Shown piece after piece: positions 26,062 to 32,000 of a stretch of DNA of 32,000 nt. How positions within the stretch are numbered: the first letter of the stretch is position 1; each line of letters starts with the position of its first letter. Position numbers and translations under genes: made by a program. The stretch lies in the NCBI RefSeq assembly GCF_042660085.1, contig NZ_JBHSTI010000008.1:390001-422000 (forward strand). Reading direction: 5' to 3'. Below the pieces are notes generated by a model. It searched no databases. It was given only the letters and a program-made list of their open reading frames with translations, and had not been told where the DNA came from. The stretch is from Longivirga aurantiaca (GTDB lineage: Bacteria > Actinomycetota > Actinomycetes > S36-B12 > CAIYMF01).

Positions 26062-27438
26062 TCAGCCGACCGGCACCGGCGGGATGGTCGAGAGGCCGGC
26101 GGCGAAGCGTGCCTCGCTGACCTCCTCGTCGACCATGCGCCCGTTGAGGTAGTCGTCGTACGCCGCGAGGTCGAAGTGCCCGTGGCCGCAGAGCGCGGTG
26201 AGGATGACGGTCTCCTCGCCGGTCTCCTTCGCCTTGAGCGCCTCGCGGATCGCGACGGCGAGCGCGTGCGTCGGCTCGGGCGCGGGGACGATGCCCTCGG
26301 TGCGTGCGAACTGCACGGCGGCCGAGAAGCACTCGGTCTGCGGGATCGCCTGGGCCTCCATCATCCCGAGCTCGTACACGTGCGAGATGAGCGGCGACAT
26401 GCCGTGGTAGCGCAGGCCGCCCGCGTGGATCGGGTCCGGGATGAAGTCGTGCCCGAGGGTGTGCATCTTCATGAGCGGCGTCATGCCGGCGCTGTCGCCG
26501 AAGTCGTACGCGTAGACGCCGTGCGTGAGCGACGGGCAGGACGCCGGCTCTGCGGCGATGATCCTGGGCGAGATCCGGCCCGCGAGCTTCTCGCGCAGGA
26601 ACGGGAACGACAGGCCGCCGAAGTTGGAGCCGCCGCCGGTGCAGCCGACGATGTGGGTCGGGGTGTCGCCCGCCTTCGCCATCTGCAGCAGCGCCTCCTC
26701 GCCGATGATCGTCTGGTGCAGGAGCACGTGGTTGAGCACGCTGCCGAGCGCGTAGCGGGTGTCGGGGTCCGACGCCGCCACCTCGACGGCCTCGGAGATC
26801 GCGATGCCGAGCGAGCCCGAGAAGTTCGCCGGGTCCTCGAGGAACTTGCGACCCGCCGCGGTGAGGTTGGAGGGGGAGCGGTGAACGGTGCCGCCGAACG
26901 CCTCGATCATGAGACGGCGGTAGGGCTTGCTGTCGTACGACGAGCCCACCTGCCACACCTCGCACTCGAGGCCGTAGAGCGCGGCCGCGAACGACAGCGC
27001 GGTGCCCCACTGCCCGGCGCCGGTCTCCGTCGTGAGCTTCTTCACGCCGGCCTTCTTGTTGTAGTAGGCCTGCGGCACCGCGGTGTTCGGCTTGTGCGAG
27101 CCGGCCGGCGAGACGCCCTCGTACTTGTAGTAGATGCGTGCGGGGGTGCCGAGCGCCTCCTCGAGCCGGTGCGCGCGGAAGAGCGGAGACGGCCTCCACT
27201 GGCGGTACACGTCGAGGACGCCGCCCGGGATCTCGACGTACCTGTCCTGCGTGACCTCTTGCATGATGAGGTCCATCGGGAACAGGGGCGCGAAGTCCTC
27301 CGGGCCTGCGGGCTGCAGCGTTCCGGGGTGCAGGGCCGGCGGCGGCGGGGTCGGCAGATCGGCCACGAGGTTGTACCAGGTGGTCGGCATCTCGTCCTCG
27401 TCGAGCGTGTACTTGTGCCGGCGCACCGTGTCGTCCAT
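26062..27438 (-). CDS. trpB2: TrpB-like PLP-dependent enzyme (tryptophan synthase beta chain type 2)
   Basis: The ATG at 27438 (MDDTVRRHKYTLDEDEMPTTWYN) gives 458 aa. The PLP-lysine block is GVSPAGSHKPNTAVPQAYY. Other blocks: TETGAGQWGTALS, GCTGGGSNFGG. The long N-terminal extension and length are typical of the TrpB2 clade. Confidence 0.85.
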   Translation of the reverse strand: MDDTVRRHKYTLDEDEMPTTWYNLVADLPTPPPPALHPGTLQPAGPEDFAPLFPMDLIMQEVTQDRYVEIPGGVLDVYRQWRPSPLFRAHRLEEALGTPARIYYKYEGVSPAGSHKPNTAVPQAYYNKKAGVKKLTTETGAGQWGTALSFAAALYGLECEVWQVGSSYDSKPYRRLMIEAFGGTVHRSPSNLTAAGRKFLEDPANFSGSLGIAISEAVEVAASDPDTRYALGSVLNHVLLHQTIIGEEALLQMAKAGDTPTHIVGCTGGGSNFGGLSFPFLREKLAGRISPRIIAAEPASCPSLTHGVYAYDFGDSAGMTPLMKMHTLGHDFIPDPIHAGGLRYHGMSPLISHVYELGMMEAQAIPQTECFSAAVQFARTEGIVPAPEPTHALAVAIREALKAKETGEETVILTALCGHGHFDLAAYDDYLNGRMVDEEVSEARFAAGLSTIPPVPVG

Positions 27439-27493
27439 CGACCTCACCCATCCACGTGTGCGGGGCGCTGGTCGCCCCGCGGTGAGGCCGAAC

Positions 27494-27850
27494 CTAGTGC
27501 GAGTCGCGCGAGTGCGCCCGGCGGTTCGACGAGGTGTCCCTGGCTGTTCCGTCGTGGGGCGGCAGCACGATCCGTGCGACGCCGGAGTCGAGGTCGACGG
27601 TGCTGCGCGGAGGGGCGGCGTCGCCGTCCTCGTCGCGCTTGATCTCCAGGAACTCGTCGTGCTCCCGCTTGTGCCGGGTGGAGGGAGCGAGCGCGAGGCC
27701 GAGCACGTCGAAGCCCGCCGCCGCGACCTTCGGTCGGCCCTTCTCCCCGGTCCGTGCGTTGCGGCGTCGGGTGGCGACGACGTCGACCACCGCGACGACA
27801 ATCAGCAGCACGACCAGCGCAGGCAGGGTCATGGCCCAGAGGTTCCCCAT
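27494..27850 (-). CDS. Small N-terminally membrane-anchored protein (DUF6191-like, tentative)
   Basis: The ATG at 27850 overlaps the upstream gene stop (TGATG). The 118-aa product starts MGNLWAMTLPALVVLLIVVAVVDVVATRRR (TM helix). It continues with FDVLGLALAPSTRHKREHDEFLEIKRDEDGDAAPPRSTVDLDSGVARI, which resembles the small actinobacterial DUF6191 family as I recall it. Confidence 0.5.
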   Translation of the reverse strand: MGNLWAMTLPALVVLLIVVAVVDVVATRRRNARTGEKGRPKVAAAGFDVLGLALAPSTRHKREHDEFLEIKRDEDGDAAPPRSTVDLDSGVARIVLPPHDGTARDTSSNRRAHSRDSH

Positions 27851-28149
27851 CAGGTCGCCCCCAGCCGCGCGAGCACCTCGTGGATCTGGTGCGCGAGCTC
27901 GACGTCGAGCTGCGTCGTCCCGCCCTCGCTGTGCGTCGACAGCGTGATCCGCAGCGTGCGCCACCGGATATCGATGTCGGGGTGGTGGTCCATGTGCTCG
28001 GCGAGCTGGGCGATCTCGTCGACCCCACGGATCGCGGTGAGGAAGTCGGGCAGCTCGTAGTCGCGGTGGAGCGCCGCGCCGTCGCCCACCCACCCCGGCA
28101 GGGCGGTCAGCTGGCGCGCGATCTCCTCGTCGTCGAGCAGCCTGGCCAT
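27850..28149 (-). CDS. 4a-hydroxytetrahydrobiopterin (pterin-4a-carbinolamine) dehydratase family protein
   Basis: MARLLDDEEIARQLTALPGWVGDG...EHMDHHPDIDIRWRTLRITLSTHSEGGTTQLDVELA contains the PCD signature (HHPD...W...L.TH). The ATG at 28149 gives 99 aa; alternative GTG at 28185. Confidence 0.8.
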   Translation of the reverse strand: MARLLDDEEIARQLTALPGWVGDGAALHRDYELPDFLTAIRGVDEIAQLAEHMDHHPDIDIRWRTLRITLSTHSEGGTTQLDVELAHQIHEVLARLGAT

Positions 28150-28223
28150 GCCTCCACGGTCGCACCCGGGGACGCCCGAGTCCACCGTCGATCGCGTCAG
28201 TCCGCGTCTGGCAGAGTCGCGGC

Positions 28224-29492
28224 ATGGACGACGCCCCCACCCACGTGACGGCCGACGGACGACGGGTGGTCGTGGCCGCTGCGATCGAGAGCCGCGGGCG
28301 CCTGCTCGCCGCTCGGCGCTCGCGCCCGGAGTCGCTCGCGGGGGGATGGGAGCTGCCGGGCGGCAAGGTGGAGCCCGGGGAGGACCCGGCCCGCGCGCTC
28401 GTTCGCGAGCTGCTCGAGGAGCTCGGCGTCGACATCGAGGTGGTCGGCGCGGTGCACGGCCCGGACGGCGGCGACTGGCCGCTCGACGACCGGTCGGTCC
28501 TGCGCGTGCTGCGTGCGCGGATCGACCGGGGCGATCCCGAGGCCGGCGTCGCCCACGACGAGGTGCGCTGGCTCGCGCCGCGCGAGCTCGGCTCGGTTCC
28601 CTGGCTCGAGCCCGATGTGGCCCCGGCCGCAGCCGCTGCCCTGCGGATCGACACGTGGGTCGACTTCCCCGCCGGCGCGCTCGAGGGCGAGGGTGTCGTG
28701 GTGCGCTCGGACGTCCAGGAGGACGGACGCGTCGCGGTCGTCGTCGACCGGACTCCGTTCCACCCCCTCGACCACAGCTGGCCCGACCAGCCGGGCGACA
28801 CCGGCCTCGTCGCGGGAGCCCACGTCGTCGACTCCGTCATGGGCGCGATCGACGACGAGGGCGCGCTGCTGCTCGGCGACGCGGTCGGCGTACGCAGGGG
28901 GGACCCGAGCCGCACGTGGGTGGTGGCGCACCTGCTGGGGGCCGGCTCGGTCGCGCCCGGCGCCGGCGACGTGGTGCCGCTCGCGGTGGACCCGGCCCGG
29001 CGGGCGGCGTACTCCCGCGGGCACTCGGCCTGCCACCTCGCGGCGCTGGCGCTCAACGAGGCCAGCGCCCGGTTCTGGACCAAGGAGCCGCCGCGGCGCG
29101 ACTCGCGCGGCTTCCCGTTCCTGGACCAGATCGCGATCCAGGTGTCGCGGATCGAGCCCGACGCGGCGTACGACGCCTACCGGTGCGGCAAGTCGCTGCG
29201 CAAGGCCGGCTTCGACTCGGCGTCGTTCCTCGAGGCGCTGGACGACGTCGCGGGGGAGGCCCACGTGCTGCTCGACGCCTGGGTGGCCACCGGCGCGGTG
29301 AGCCGGCTCGAGACCGACGGCGACCCCACGCTGTCGGCCCGGCGGCGCTGGGTCTGTGACGTGCCCGGAGGCCCCGCGGTGATCCCCTGCGGCGGCACGC
29401 ACGTGTCCGACCTCTCAGCGCTCGGCACGGTCCGTGTCTCGTACGCCCCCACCCCCGACGGCTTCGAGCAACGCACCGACGTCACCCGATAA
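28224..29492 (+). CDS. Fusion protein: N-terminal NUDIX hydrolase + C-terminal AlaX-like (alanyl/threonyl-tRNA synthetase editing-type, HxxxH/CxxxH) metal hydrolase domain
   Basis: 422 aa. The Nudix box is GGKVEPGEDPARALVRELLEELGV (GX5EX7REUXEEXGU). Downstream, VVVDRTPFHPLDHSWPDQPGDTG resembles the AlaRS/AlaX barrel start. The zinc motifs HSACH (HxxxH) and CGGTH (CxxxH) are present. Confidence 0.75.
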   Translation: MDDAPTHVTADGRRVVVAAAIESRGRLLAARRSRPESLAGGWELPGGKVEPGEDPARALVRELLEELGVDIEVVGAVHGPDGGDWPLDDRSVLRVLRARIDRGDPEAGVAHDEVRWLAPRELGSVPWLEPDVAPAAAAALRIDTWVDFPAGALEGEGVVVRSDVQEDGRVAVVVDRTPFHPLDHSWPDQPGDTGLVAGAHVVDSVMGAIDDEGALLLGDAVGVRRGDPSRTWVVAHLLGAGSVAPGAGDVVPLAVDPARRAAYSRGHSACHLAALALNEASARFWTKEPPRRDSRGFPFLDQIAIQVSRIEPDAAYDAYRCGKSLRKAGFDSASFLEALDDVAGEAHVLLDAWVATGAVSRLETDGDPTLSARRRWVCDVPGGPAVIPCGGTHVSDLSALGTVRVSYAPTPDGFEQRTDVTR

Positions 29493-29701
29493 GGACAGAG
29501 CCAGCCCTCCAGGGGCGTCTTCCGCCCTTGTCCCAGCGCGTCGTCGTCGACCATTGGCCGGAGCTCGGCTGGGAGTCTCCGGACAGAATCGGCCCCTCAC
29601 GGGCGTGTTGTGCCCTGAGCGGGGGACGTCGGGCGGTCGGGGGAGGGGCGGTTCGCCGGTAGACTGGGCGCGATTCCCCGTCTTCGACCCCGAGGTCACC
29701 C

Positions 29702-31591
<1,890 letters not shown>

Positions 31592-31617
31592 CCGGCCGGC
31601 CAGCCGACCCGCCGCAC

Positions 31618-31652
31618 CGAGGAGCCCGCGACGCGACGTCGCGGGCTCCTCG
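31618..31652 (+). terminator. Terminator hairpin after typA (16-bp perfect stem, 3-nt loop)
   Basis: cgaggagcccgcgacg cga cgtcgcgggctcctcg, starting 27 nt after the typA stop. There is no T-tract. Confidence 0.65.
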
Positions 31653-31950
31653 CGTTCCCGCACGCGCGCCGACCTGCGGCGATACGGTGACGCCCGTCAC
31701 ATCGAGACCCGATTCCGGCCGAATCGTCACAGTCAGGTGCCGCGGGTATGTCGGAATGGTCCCGATCCGCCCCCCCGCGGTCACGATCCGGTCACGGGGG
31801 TGAGCGTGGCTTCATCCGTCCGTTGGGATGACATAGGTTTCCCGAGGTCCCGGGGTTGGGGGCGAGCCGGTGACCCCGGCAATCGTCCGTACGCCGATCT
31901 CGGGAACGACAGGTCTTCCCGGAACCAGACAGGAAGGCAACAGGTTCTCC

Positions 31951-32000
31951 ATGACCGTGCCTCTCGACACCGAGCGCCGCGACGACGACGCGCCGGCGAT
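31951..32000 (+). CDS. Possible 5' end of a gene running off the window (MTVPLDTERRDDDAPA...)
   Basis: The ATG at 31951 is preceded by AGGAAGG about 16 nt upstream. Only 16 codons are visible, so neither function nor reality can be judged. Confidence 0.25.
   Translation, partial: MTVPLDTERRDDDAPA

Noticed and set aside
29493-29701. A promoter call upstream of typA (TAGACT around 29660).
   Set aside because: There is only a plausible -10-like hexamer with no convincing -35 or conservation information. That is too weak to report as a feature.
31653-31950. A cyclic-di-AMP (ydaO-type) or other known riboswitch in the long region after typA.
   Set aside because: I could not find the conserved core segments of ydaO, SAM, TPP, cobalamin or glycine riboswitches by eye. 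It is kept only as a low-interest unexplained region.

Overview
This is a very GC-rich actinobacterial chromosomal window (Micrococcales-like by gene content; GC was not computed). Most long ORFs in the six-frame track are Arg/Pro/Gly-rich shadow frames. About 35 real genes can be supported. The backbone is an ordinary conserved core neighbourhood: glpX, a DUF4245-like gene, xseB-xseA, ispH, rmuC, ychF and typA. It is interspersed with regulators (a TipAL-type MerR, two PadR, an IclR, an HTH-TOBE protein) and small membrane proteins. I found no rRNA, tRNA, CRISPR array, transposase, integrase or recognisable defence genes. The standout locus is a tightly coupled minus-strand three-gene operon (24866 to 20199). 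It encodes a secreted S8 subtilase, an 8-TM GAF-PAS histidine kinase and a stand-alone receiver. The last 146 aa of the subtilase are an uninterrupted run of 29 pentads with an aromatic residue at position 4 (28 Trp, 1 Phe; 13 copies of AHRWS). The kinase starts 1 nt after the protease stop, and the receiver starts 5 nt after the kinase stop. I do not recognise the Trp-pentad repeat as any described repeat family. At DNA level it contains exact 30-bp tandem duplications. Secondary points of interest: a textbook MerR 19-bp-spacer dyad promoter with a leaderless start; two long perfect palindromes of unexplained function (2201-2253, 11241-11281); a 102-codon N-terminal remnant of a P1B-type ATPase; a NUDIX/AlaX-like fusion protein; a pterin dehydratase / small membrane protein / TrpB2 cluster; and a 29-bp divergent PadR intergenic region that is almost entirely an AT-rich palindrome.
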